This document shows positions 22,771 to 34,000 of a stretch of DNA of 64,000 nucleotides, piece by piece. The position numbers were made by a program, and so were the translations under genes. Source of the stretch: Paramoeba atlantica. Taxonomy: Eukaryota > Protista > Discosea. Position 1 is the stretch's first letter, and each line of letters begins with the position of its first letter. Location of the stretch: assembly GCA_977017575.1 (NCBI GenBank), contig CDRNVI010000063.1, positions 615,993 to 679,992 of the forward strand. The letters run 5' to 3'. The notes under the pieces are model-generated. The model worked only from the letters and a program-made list of their open reading frames with translations. It was not told the DNA's origin and made no database searches.

Positions 22771-24476
22771 CCTCGGAGCACGTGGCAAAGTGCTTCGAGG
22801 AAGTGCCTTACCTTCGCAGGCACTCCGTTGTTTGTGCACGCCGCTCTTCACGGCTAGCCAAGGCACACGACGCTCACCTACCTTTGCACGTTAAGAAGTC
22901 GATACCTGTTATCCATTTGGATCAGGTTAAGGAGTGGATGAGTCTGTCAGCTGCCACTCGTTTTCGCAAGGTAGTGGATGAATTATTATGGGTACCTAAA
23001 GCCCCGTACCCCGAACCTAGTGTGAAAGGTTCATTGCCTGAGGCGGACGTCCGATTGTTGGAGGACGCAGGCATAATCTCCAAGGTCCCGGCGCAGGAGT
23101 TGAGAAAGCGCCCATCGATGCAGTTCATGATTCCCTTCACGGTTGTGGAGACCGATGATGAGGGCAATCAGCGCAGAAGATTTATTTCATGGACAAGGGA
23201 CGATAACGATAGATTAAAATCATATGAACCAAAGGTCCCATTATATCATCCCTCCAAGTATCTTCATAAGGCGCACGAGCCGATGGCTGTGAAGCGGGAC
23301 TTCACGTGTGGATTTTACCAGATTGGTATCCCAAAGAGGGCGCGGCCCAAATTCCGCCTTAGAACGAACAGTGGAGACGTGTTTGAGATGAACGTCCTCC
23401 CGATGGGCCATAGGTGTGCACCGGAGGTTATGCACACGGTTACCGCCGCGATTGCTGGCGAGGCGTCTATTTGTTCTCAGCGCTACTCGTTTCACCGAGG
23501 CGCTATCGACGTTTATGTTGACGGAGTTCGGTTTGCAGGAACCCACTCCGAGGCCACCACGTACGCTCAGTTCATTGACGAGCGTTGCGACAAGGCGAAC
23601 GGTCTTTTTAAAGATCGGGGTCAGCCCCCTGTAGCACAGTACGTGTTCAATGGGGTGGCGTTCGACCATAACGCGCATACGGTCTGCCTGGGACCGCGAG
23701 TGATCAGGAAACTGCGAGCCGACTCTTTCTTCAACATTTCCTTTGTTGACCTAGAGGCGGTGGTGGGGCGCCTCATTTATGGCTCCGCAGTTCTCCGACT
23801 CAATATGCCGCGATTTTATTTCGCTTTGAAGGTGGCGCAACGGCGTATCAACTTGTTGAACCGTTGCCCGAAGTTATGTGACCGTCCGGTCGCACTCCCT
23901 GTCGTCACTCGCTCCATGCTAGCAGAATGGAGAAACGAGTTGCTGGAGAATGTTCCACGGTCTCCACCTCCCCATCCCGATGTTGTTCCACACAAGCATC
24001 GTCTCTACACCGATGCCTCGGTGAAAGGATGGGGAGCGATTATGTATTTAGACAGCGGAGAGGTTTTGATTACGGGAGAGGCGTGGCCTGAGTCATCCTC
24101 GTATGAGGTGAATCGTGCGGAAGCTGCAGCAGTCCGCTTAGCCCTCGAGAAGTTTTCCGCGCATTGCCCCCGTGGAACCTGCTTGGATGTTTTTGTTGAC
24201 AACACCTCCTGTCAGGCTGCACTGAACAGGAGGATCTCCAAGTCAGAGGGGGTTTCAATGGAATTGCGCGAAGTCCTGCGACTGACAGAGGACAAAGGTA
24301 TTTGTGTCAAGGCAGCGTACATATCCACGGATGAGAACCCGGCGGATGCTGTCAGTCGCGGGAAGGAGATTGAGAGAGAGAAGGTTGAGAAATATAAAGG
24401 CAACATCGACAAATACAGCGATAATCAGCATCATCATATTGGTAAGCTAGACAGTCATATTGAAGGAAAACCCTAG
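21963..24476 (+). CDS. Reverse transcriptase-RNase H (homologous part starts near 22770; the upstream open frame overlaps YR)
   Basis: PLHVK, FTVVE, RRRFISW, DFTCGFYQI, LPMG, YVDG, YTDAS, DNT, NPADAVSR. Confidence 0.88.
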   Translation: MGNGHVGHKGATVVPPARVLPGEGNHRESCKRGALPGDSASRYLDAHGVRRGIEDSVRAHGNRRYPIESLRKGPASSGGARTHAADATNHATSSKEAETSSRRKGEHMLPPVLESRCEMDRDRRPEAGAVRECGQSRGNHLLGQGDQDNPSESLPAVPLRDSDWTGDTRTGSVCGKFETRPAPVLHDGPGDGPQDESTSRSGVWNTFHKKRCNYLPIPRDLPRESQDGGRPEPHETPQRRITVALQRKQYYNGKGSRDAESLSTSPSAVTSEHVAKCFEEVPYLRRHSVVCARRSSRLAKAHDAHLPLHVKKSIPVIHLDQVKEWMSLSAATRFRKVVDELLWVPKAPYPEPSVKGSLPEADVRLLEDAGIISKVPAQELRKRPSMQFMIPFTVVETDDEGNQRRRFISWTRDDNDRLKSYEPKVPLYHPSKYLHKAHEPMAVKRDFTCGFYQIGIPKRARPKFRLRTNSGDVFEMNVLPMGHRCAPEVMHTVTAAIAGEASICSQRYSFHRGAIDVYVDGVRFAGTHSEATTYAQFIDERCDKANGLFKDRGQPPVAQYVFNGVAFDHNAHTVCLGPRVIRKLRADSFFNISFVDLEAVVGRLIYGSAVLRLNMPRFYFALKVAQRRINLLNRCPKLCDRPVALPVVTRSMLAEWRNELLENVPRSPPPHPDVVPHKHRLYTDASVKGWGAIMYLDSGEVLITGEAWPESSSYEVNRAEAAAVRLALEKFSAHCPRGTCLDVFVDNTSCQAALNRRISKSEGVSMELREVLRLTEDKGICVKAAYISTDENPADAVSRGKEIEREKVEKYKGNIDKYSDNQHHHIGKLDSHIEGKP

Positions 24477-24589
24477 GGGACAGGATCACCAAATACAAAA
24501 AAAAAAAAAAAAAAAAGTCACACATTACTCGTCACACATGACGACCGGCTGGATTCATTCCGAACTGGTCGTTTGCGCCCATGAACATC

Positions 24590-25121
24590 TGGTCGGGATG
24601 CTGGTCGGGTCGACAGAGTCTATGCTCACGCCTAGTCCGTCAGGGCTAGGTACCCCAAGTGAGGTAGTACACGGGTAGTGAATCTCCTCCCCGTCGACCA
24701 GCATCCTGTTTCGCGACCGTGTCGCTGTCGACACAGGCCCGCGCCTGCGCCCTCCCATATAGCAAGGGAAGGGTTCACAAGTCAGGCCGTGGAGAGGTCG
24801 AAAGACCCGGTCCGGGACGCGCGAATGGATTGGGTCTGTATTGCTTGTTTTAGTTTTTACTGTTTCTTGTTTGTATTATATACTTAGGGGAGATTAAATT
24901 GCTAGTTTTGGGCTGAGAGAAAAAACAATAGGTACATCTGTGGAAACAAAAAGATTTGCTAAAAAAATTTTCAAATTGCTAATTTGATTGTTTGTTTTCA
25001 ACTCGTATCCCCCCCCCCCCCAATGGACCTACTTGGTTCGTCTACTGGGTCAAAATATAGAGGCAATGCCGCGTTTTATACTTCTCCCCCCTTATTAAAA
25101 AAAAAAAAAAAAAAAAAAAAA
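24590..25121 (+). mobile_element. 3'UTR-only retrocopy of the E-family CRE element with poly(A) (SINE-like module)
   Basis: Reverse-complement homology to 3967-4430 and 38603-39060; A-run 25097-25121. Confidence 0.8.
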
Positions 25122-26777
25122 CTTCCACCTGATCCCTCATCTGAATTATTGGAGCGCGCTGACAAGATTGCCTGCGACATTAAGAACTCTACAGAAGGCG
25201 AAACGCCAGACACAGGACACCAGAATGCTACCACCGAAGAAGAACTGTTCTCCAGTGTCCGCCCGACGGAAAGCCTCGAGTTCCAATTCGAAGGAGCCAA
25301 TTCCTCTTCACTCAGCCAATTAAAGTCCTCTAGCAAGGCTGTGAAGGAGAAGTACGAGCGCCATAACCGCAGGGTAGGCTGTGCCGAATATGACTATGCT
25401 GATAACAGGCTAGTTTTTCCTGATCTCACGCCTCCTGATCTTCGCTTCTCAGTAAAGGGTAGCAGTAAAGGCCGTAAAAAGAAGAAACGCCCGAAGGGCA
25501 TCAATCTTTCTCAGCTGGATGCAGTGTCCGGGGCCGACAGCGAGGAACGCGACAATATAGAGTCCAGCGCGAATTCACCCGGGCCACGCACTCATGCCAC
25601 CGGAGTCATGGACAGCCCGTCTATCAAATTGTCCCAAAAGGAACAGAACACTAACACCCCCACGGGTAAGCGTAAACGTCACGTGCAGGTGTCGAAACCA
25701 GGGCCACGCGATTCCTCAGATACCGAAAGGCTCAATCAACCCCCCAATACCACTCCAGAAAAGCCACCTACAGTCAATGGAAACACGCGGAAATGTCCTT
25801 CTCAGGGATGTGCATGGCAAACTGTGCCTCACGGGGGCCAATGGCAATCCTTTTATAACCACGTATCCCACAGACACGGGGACGAGGTGCCTGATACCTG
25901 GTGGAACGAGGAGGGACGTTTCCGATGCAGGGATTGCAACAGGCACTACAACCTAAGCAAACAGGTCACCCATGCCGAAAACTGCGCTTTCCGCTGCTCT
26001 TCTCCCCCACCTATCTCCGAACCTACACAGACAGGGGGCGACCCGAGGGACAACCCTGCATTTTTTGCCGCACAAGCCGTCGCCGAACCCCTTCCCTCCC
26101 TGGCGTCAATCTGTTCGACACCTCTCAACACATGCAAAGACATTCCCAACAGCTGTCGCCAGGGGTGGGCGAAAGTCTTCTGTGAGTGTCTCTCTTCCGC
26201 TGTACGAGACAATACAGTTGAGGCCTGGACTCTTCTCGCCATGCTACCGAAATGCGTACTACCGGCACCTCATCGTGGGGGGAGCAGGGCAAAACTATCG
26301 TACGCCTCGCACGTTCGGAAGTGTCTCGCCCGGTGGTCACGGAAAGAATTTCTCCCCCTTTGGAACGAAACAATTGCGAGCCTACAACACAAAAAACGCG
26401 TCGCACAAGCACAGAGTCCGGAGGACGAGATAACCAAATCTGCTATGCGAGCTGAAAGACTCGTTCGCGACTCGGAACTATCTCGAGCTATGGCTGCCCT
26501 AACCTCTGAACCAGTAGCCCCGTATGACGATGATACTTACACTAAACTCCAAGCTAAGCATCCATCCCGACTCGCTACGTCGGTGAAACCCCTCAGTTCT
26601 TCGACGGAAATGGGACCAAAACCACTTCGAGCCACAGAGGAAGACGTAACGCAGGCTCTTGCAACTTTTCACCGGGGGTCATCGGGTGGCGCTTTTGGGC
26701 TACGCCCTGAACACGTACAAGTGGCACTAGAGTACCACCATGACGGCCGTACGGATCCATTGGGTACACTGACCCAT
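25122..26777 (+). mobile_element. E-family CRE element I, 5'-truncated within LsmAD and broken inside RT by array B
   Basis: CPSQGC...HVSHRH, CRDC...H...C, WTLLAMLPKCVL, GAFGLRPEH; collinear with 39201..43265 until DPLGTLTH. Confidence 0.88.
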
Positions 26778-29700
26778 TTAAGACCACTTTTTGTATTAAG
26801 ACCACTTTTTGTATTAAGACCACTTTTTGTATTAAGACCACTTTTTGTATTAAGACCACTTTTTGTATTAAGACCACTTTTTGTATTAAGACCACTTTTT
26901 GTATTAAGACCACTTTTTGTATTAAGACCACTTTTTGTATTAAGACCACTTTTTGTATTAAGACCACTTTTTGTATTAAGACCACTTTTTGTATTAAGAC
27001 CACTTTTTGTATTAAGACCACTTTTTGTATTAAGACCACTTTTTGTATTAAGACCACTTTTTGTATTAAGACCACTTTTTGTATTAAGACCACTTTTTGT
27101 ATTAAGACCACTTTTTGTATTAAGACCACTTTTTGTATTAAGACCACTTTTTGTATTAAGACCACTTTTTGTATTAAGACCACTTTTTGTATTAAGACCA
27201 CTTTTTGTATTAAGACCACTTTTTGTATTAAGACCACTTTTTGTATTAAGACCACTTTTTGTATTAAGACCACTTTTTGTATTAAGACCACTTTTTGTAT
27301 TAAGACCACTTTTGTATTAAGACCACTTTTTGTATTAAGACCACTTTTTGTATTAAGACCACTTTTTGTATTAAGACCACTTTTTGTATTAAGACCACTT
27401 TTTGTATTAAGACCACTTTTTGTATTAAGACCACTTTTTGTATTAAGACCACTTTTTGTATTAAGACCACTTTTTGTATTAAGACCACTTTTTGTATTAA
27501 GACCACTTTTTGTATTAAGACCACTTTTTGTATTAAGACCACTTTTTGTATTAAGACCACTTTTTGTATTAAGACCACTTTTTGTATTAAGACCACTTTT
27601 TGTATTAAGACCACTTTTTGTATTAAGACCACTTTTTGTATTAAGACCACTTTTTGTATTAAGACCACTTTTTGTATTAAGACCACTTTTTGTATTAAGA
27701 CCACTTTTTGTATTAAGACCACTTTTTGTATTAAGACCACTTTTTGTATTAAGACCACTTTTTGTATTAAGACCACTTTTTGTATTAAGACCACTTTTTG
27801 TATTAAGACCACTTTTTGTATTAAGACCACTTTTTGTATTAAGACCACTTTTTGTATTAAGACCACTTTTTGTATTAAGACCACTTTTTGTATTAAGACC
27901 ACTTTTTGTATTAAGACCACTTTTTGTATTAAGACCACTTTTTGTATTAAGACCACTTTTTGTATTAAGACCACTTTTTGTATTAAGACCACTTTTTGTA
28001 TTAAGACCACTTTTTGTATTAAGACCACTTTTTGTATTAAGACCACTTTTTGTATTAAGACCACTTTTTGTATTAAGACCACTTTTTGTATTAAGACCAC
28101 TTTTTGTATTAAGACCACTTTTTGTATTAAGACCACTTTTTGTATTAAGACCACTTTTTGTATTAAGACCACTTTTTGTATTAAGACCACTTTTTGTATT
28201 AAGACCACTTTTTGTATTAAGACCACTTTTTGTATTAAGACCACTTTTTGTATTAAGACCACTTTTTGTATTAAGACCACTTTTTGTATTAAGACCACTT
28301 TTTGTATTAAGACCACTTTTTGTATTAAGACCACTTTTTGTATTAAGACCACTTTTTGTATTAAGACCACTTTTTGTATTAAGACCACTTTTTGTATTAA
28401 GACCACTTTTTGTATTAAGACCACTTTTTGTATTAAGACCACTTTTTGTATTAAGACCACTTTTTGTATTAAGACCACTTTTTGTATTAAGACCACTTTT
28501 TGTATTAAGACCACTTTTTGTATTAAGACCACTTTTTGTATTAAGACCACTTTTTGTATTAAGACCACTTTTTGTATTAAGACCACTTTTTGTATTAAGA
28601 CCACTTTTTGTATTAAGACCACTTTTTGTATTAAGACCACTTTTTGTATTAAGACCACTTTTTGTATTAAGACCACTTTTTGTATTAAGACCACTTTTTG
28701 TATTAAGACCACTTTTTGTATTAAGACCACTTTTTGTATTAAGACCACTTTTTGTATTAAGACCACTTTTTGTATTAAGACCACTTTTTGTATTAAGACC
28801 ACTTTTTGTATTAAGACCACTTTTTGTATTAAGACCACTTTTTGTATTAAGACCACTTTTTGTATTAAGACCACTTTTTGTATTAAGACCACTTTTTGTA
28901 TTAAGACCACTTTTTGTATTAAGACCACTTTTTGTATTAAGACCACTTTTTGTATTAAGACCACTTTTTGTATTAAGACCACTTTTTGTATTAGACCACT
29001 TTTTGTATTAAGACCACTTTTTGTATTAAGACCACTTTTTGTATTAAGACCACTTTTTGTATTAAGACCACTTTTTGTATTAAGACCACTTTTTGTATTA
29101 AGACCACTTTTTGTATTAAGACCACTTTTTGTATTAAGACCACTTTTTGTATTAAGACCACTTTTTGTATTAAGACCACTTTTTGTATTAAGACCACTTT
29201 TTGTATTAAGACCACTTTTTGTATTAAGACCACTTTTTGTATTAAGACCACTTTTTGTATTAAGACCACTTTTTGTATTAAGACCACTTTTTGTATTAAG
29301 ACCACTTTTTGTATTAAGACCACTTTTTGTATTAAGACCACTTTTTGTATTAAGACCACTTTTTGTATTAAGACCACTTTTTGTATTAAGACCACTTTTT
29401 GTATTAAGACCACTTTTTGTATTAAGACCACTTTTTGTATTAAGACCACTTTTTGTATTAAGACCACTTTTTGTATTAAGACCACTTTTTGTATTAAGAC
29501 CACTTTTTGTATTAAGACCACTTTTTGTATTAAGACCACTTTTTGTATTAAGACCACTTTTTGTATTAAGACCACTTTTTGTATTAAGACCACTTTTTGT
29601 ATTAAGACCACTTTTTGTATTAAGACCACTTTTTGTATTAAGACCACTTTTTGTATTAAGACCACTTTTTGTATTAAGACCACTTTTTGTATTAAGACCA

Positions 29701-31009
29701 CTTTTTGTATTAAGACCACTTTTTGTATTAAGACCACTTTTTGTATTAAGACCACTTTTTGTATTAAGACCACTTTTTGTATTAAGACCACTTTTTGTAT
29801 TAAGACCACTTTTTGTATTAAGACCACTTTTTGTATTAAGACCACTTTTTGTATTAAGACCACTTTTTGTATTAAGACCACTTTTTGTATTAAGACCACT
29901 TTTTGTATTAAGACCACTTTTTGTATTAAGACCACTTTTTGTATTAAGACCACTTTTTGTATTAAGACCACTTTTTGTATTAAGACCACTTTTTGTATTA
30001 AGACCACTTTTTGTATTAAGACCACTTTTTGTATTAAGACCACTTTTTGTATTAAGACCACTTTTTGTATTAAGACCACTTTTTGTATTAAGACCACTTT
30101 TTGTATTAAGACCACTTTTTGTATTAAGACCACTTTTTGTATTAAGACCACTTTTTGTATTAAGACCACTTTTTGTATTAAGACCACTTTTTGTATTAAG
30201 ACCACTTTTTGTATTAAGACCACTTTTTGTATTAAGACCACTTTTTGTATTAAGACCACTTTTTGTATTAAGACCACTTTTTGTATTAAGACCACTTTTT
30301 GTATTAAGACCACTTTTTGTATTAAGACCACTTTTTGTATTAAGACCACTTTTTGTATTAAGACCACTTTTTGTATTAAGACCACTTTTTGTATTAAGAC
30401 CACTTTTTGTATTAAGACCACTTTTTGTATTAAGACCACTTTTTGTATTAAGACCACTTTTTGTATTAAGACCACTTTTTGTATTAAGACCACTTTTTGT
30501 ATTAAGACCACTTTTTGTATTAAGACCACTTTTTGTATTAAGACCACTTTTTGTATTAAGACCACTTTTTGTATTAAGACCACTTTTTGTATTAAGACCA
30601 CTTTTTGTATTAAGACCACTTTTTGTATTAAGACCACTTTTTGTATTAAGACCACTTTTTGTATTAAGACCACTTTTTGTATTAAGACCACTTTTTGTAT
30701 TAAGACCACTTTTTGTATTAAGACCACTTTTTGTATTAAGACCACTTTTTGTATTAAGACCACTTTTTGTATTAAGACCACTTTTTGTATTAAGACCACT
30801 TTTTGTATTAAGACCACTTTTTGTATTAAGACCACTTTTTGTATTAAGACCACTTTTTGTATTAAGACCACTTTTTGTATTAAGACCACTTTTTGTATTA
30901 AGACCACTTTTTGTATTAAGACCACTTTTTGTATTAAGACCACTTTTTGTATTAAGACCACTTTTTGTATTAAGACCACTTTTTGTATTAAGACCACTTT
31001 TTGTATTAA
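26778..31009 (+). repeat. Tandem array B, 18-bp unit ATTAAGACCACTTTTTGT, about 235 copies
   Basis: Directly visible; only two 1-nt deletions seen (about 27310 and 28993). Confidence 0.98.
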
Positions 31010-34000
31010 TACGTTGGTACAAAATGGCGGAGGCCTCCGGACCGTTCGAAAGTGTGTTGGAAGTCTGTGGCAAACTTCGGACGGCCAGGTGTGGTCGGGG
31101 CAACCTTTTTCTGCCTCCACAGCAGAGGGGGGTTGGGACAAAACTCCGGCAGCGGGCCCTTTTACAGATGTCAAAGGTTTTGGCTGTGGGAAAACGCGTG
31201 GCTGTTGTTTGGTGTATGGCTTATAACGAACGTATTACACTCTGGGAAGGGGTGGTTCACTCATCGCTTGATGGGTCTGGTTGGCTCGTCAAGTACGACT
31301 TGATGAATGGGCGCCTTCTCCCGTTTCCTCCGAGAGATGATCGTATCCATGTGCTAGGCGGCAGAGTTGGACTGCTTCCAAAATCTTTGCGCAAACGTAA
31401 TCGGAAACGCAAATCCTGCTTTCGGCGTGGCTACCGAGAGCAGAGACCCAAGATCAAAGCTATGAGAGAGGGGTTTGCAGTAAGCACCATGAATGTAGAT
31501 ACTTTAAAGTGTAAAACCACAGACGAGTTTGCTCTACGTAAATGTTTCCGTTTGCATCAAGCTGTAGAGTTCATGCGAAGTTACGGCGTAACAATAATGG
31601 CCTTGCAGGAAACGCGACTATCGTTCAAGAGCGAGGAACCGATCATTCATCGTAGGCTCTATCTGGCTGGCATTAGTGTTCATATATATATTATGAGTGC
31701 AATAAAGGGCTATAACGGAATGGCAATGCTGAGTCTGCAACCCATGGGTGTTGAAAAGATCAATGATCGCATTATGAAAGGAACAATGCATATTGGAAAG
31801 ATGAAGGCGTGTATATTTAATGTTTACTCCCCGACGGCTGGTGCAAAGAAAGATAAGCAAGAATCGTTTGATGAGGAGCTATTTGATGCTTGGCATGATT
31901 CACAATGTTCGCTAAAGATAATATGCGGAGACATGAACGCACCTTTGCAAGATCCAAATGGCAGAAAATGTTGTTCGGAAAGAGCGCAAGAATTTCGCAA
32001 ATTTTTGGTAACCCTTGGATCTAAATCGGCTCATCAATGTTGCAGCGCAGAAAGAAAGTGGACTTATAGGTTTCCACCTACGCCGAAACACCCTGATGGT
32101 CTAACAAAACAGCTTGATCATATCATAATAAATTCCCGTTTCAGCTCAGCATTTCGGTATCAGAAGGTGCTTTTGGCTCCCATACCTACGAGACACTGTG
32201 CAGTAATAGCAGGATTAAATATAAAATGGAGAGTGGCATGCAAACCTGGTAAGTTACAACCGTTTTGGGGATCCTTGAGAAACGAAACCATATGTGATAC
32301 ATTCGTGAAAAATGTGGAGGAGTCAATTCAGGGGGGAAATAAACGGTCACGAGAAGGGTCAATTGGTCCCGCTTTATGGGATAAGCTATCGTCCGCAGTC
32401 AACTCCGCCGCAGAGAAATTACCCAGGAAAATTGCCAATATTGGAAAAGCTCCTGACTCGGAAACTGACTCGCATTCCCTTGATATGAAAACTATTGTGC
32501 AAATTGCTCGAAATCGAAGGACTTTCGATACCTTTGCTCGAGAACATGGAAAAATGATTGAAGAATGCGTGAAAGAAGAATGTGAAGTGATCCAAGAAAA
32601 GCTATATAAATGTCCAAAAAGCGCGTATCAAGCAATTCGCTATATTGTAGGGGAAAATCGAAAAGTATTCTCCATGTTTGGTGAAAATGTTCGAGACAGT
32701 ATGTGCAGAGTGAGAGGACATTTTCAGGCGATAGGTAACCAATTAAATCAAATTTCCGAACCGATAAACTTTCCTAACTGTAATAAAAGCTTAATTGGTA
32801 TTGAGGATACGGAATTTACCCTAAAGGAGCTCAGAATTTCTCTGCAAAAAGTCAAATCTGGAAAAGCCTCAGGCTCCGACAACATTCCTATTGAGGCTCT
32901 CTCTACATTGGCTCAGAGCGAAGAAGCACTTGGCATGCTCTTGAACATAATAAATGAAGTAATGTGTACTGGTGCCGCGGCGGATAAATGGAAGATGATT
33001 CTGCAAGTGCCACTTCCAAAGAAAGGGAATCTCAATGATCTTACAAATTGGAGACCGATATGCATTGTAAACCATGTGGTAAAGGTAATGAACCGGATGG
33101 TACTAGAGCGTATACAACCAGCCGTTGAGAATATGCTTCGCTCAAATCAGTTTGGATTTCGCCCGCACCGATCCACTGCCGGCGCAAAGGCAACTTTCGT
33201 GGAAATAGCTACTAAAGCTTCGAGGGGAGAAGGTGTTGCGGTAGCGTTTGTTGACTTTAAGCAGGCATTTCCTTCCGTTACTTTCTCTGCAATACGAGAT
33301 GCGCTGAGAGCATTCCACATACCGGAAAATATTACTAAAGTTATTATGAGCATGTATGAAGGCCTGAAATCTTATGTGAGGACGCCTCATGGTGACACCG
33401 AATCGTTTTCTATTGAAAATGGTACTCTACAAGGGGATGTGCTCGCGCCATATCTCTTTATTATGGTCCTCGACAGGATTATGGCAGAGGCCATTGACGC
33501 GAAGGGGTTGGGTGTCATTGCTTATTCCACCGGGACGAAGAGTCGCGGCGAAAAGCACCTCCGAATTTCTGATGTGGCATATGCAGATGACGTAGTTCTC
33601 TTCGCTTCTTCTAGGTCTGAACTCTCCGAAATGCTAGAAAACCTGTGCAAGTATGCAAAGAGGGCAAACCTTCAGGTAAATCTGGGCAAAAACAAGACCG
33701 CATGGATGGTTCTAGGAAAAATTGATGACATGACAGCTCCCCTTCTAGTCCCAAGTGTTGGAGAAATCCCCCGAGTATACAAATATAAATATCTTGGAAG
33801 TACACAAGAGAATGAAAATCGTCATGTAGCCCCACAAGAACGCATTCGTCTAGGATGGGCCACAATGCATAAACTTCATGCGATATGGAACTCACCCATT
33901 CAAGTCGCAAGTCGGTTAAAAATATTTCGAACACTTGTTATGCCTGTTATTAATTACAACTGCGGCACGTGGAATATTTCATCGAATCAAATGAGCGAAT

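Larger units (their letters stand above)
20701..24516 (+). mobile_element. VIPER/TATE-type tyrosine-recombinase retroelement, gag-YR-RT/RH order, ending in poly(A)
   Basis: Gene order and motifs as in the three CDS entries; A-run 24497-24516. Confidence 0.88.

Noticed and set aside
26778-31009. CRISPR array
   Set aside because: No spacers, no cas genes, eukaryotic context
30900-31024. Arrays are open in frame with the downstream RT ORFs (A, B and C)
   Set aside because: Two of three frames are open in each unit, so three of three in frame has a probability of about 0.3; no start codon in those frames
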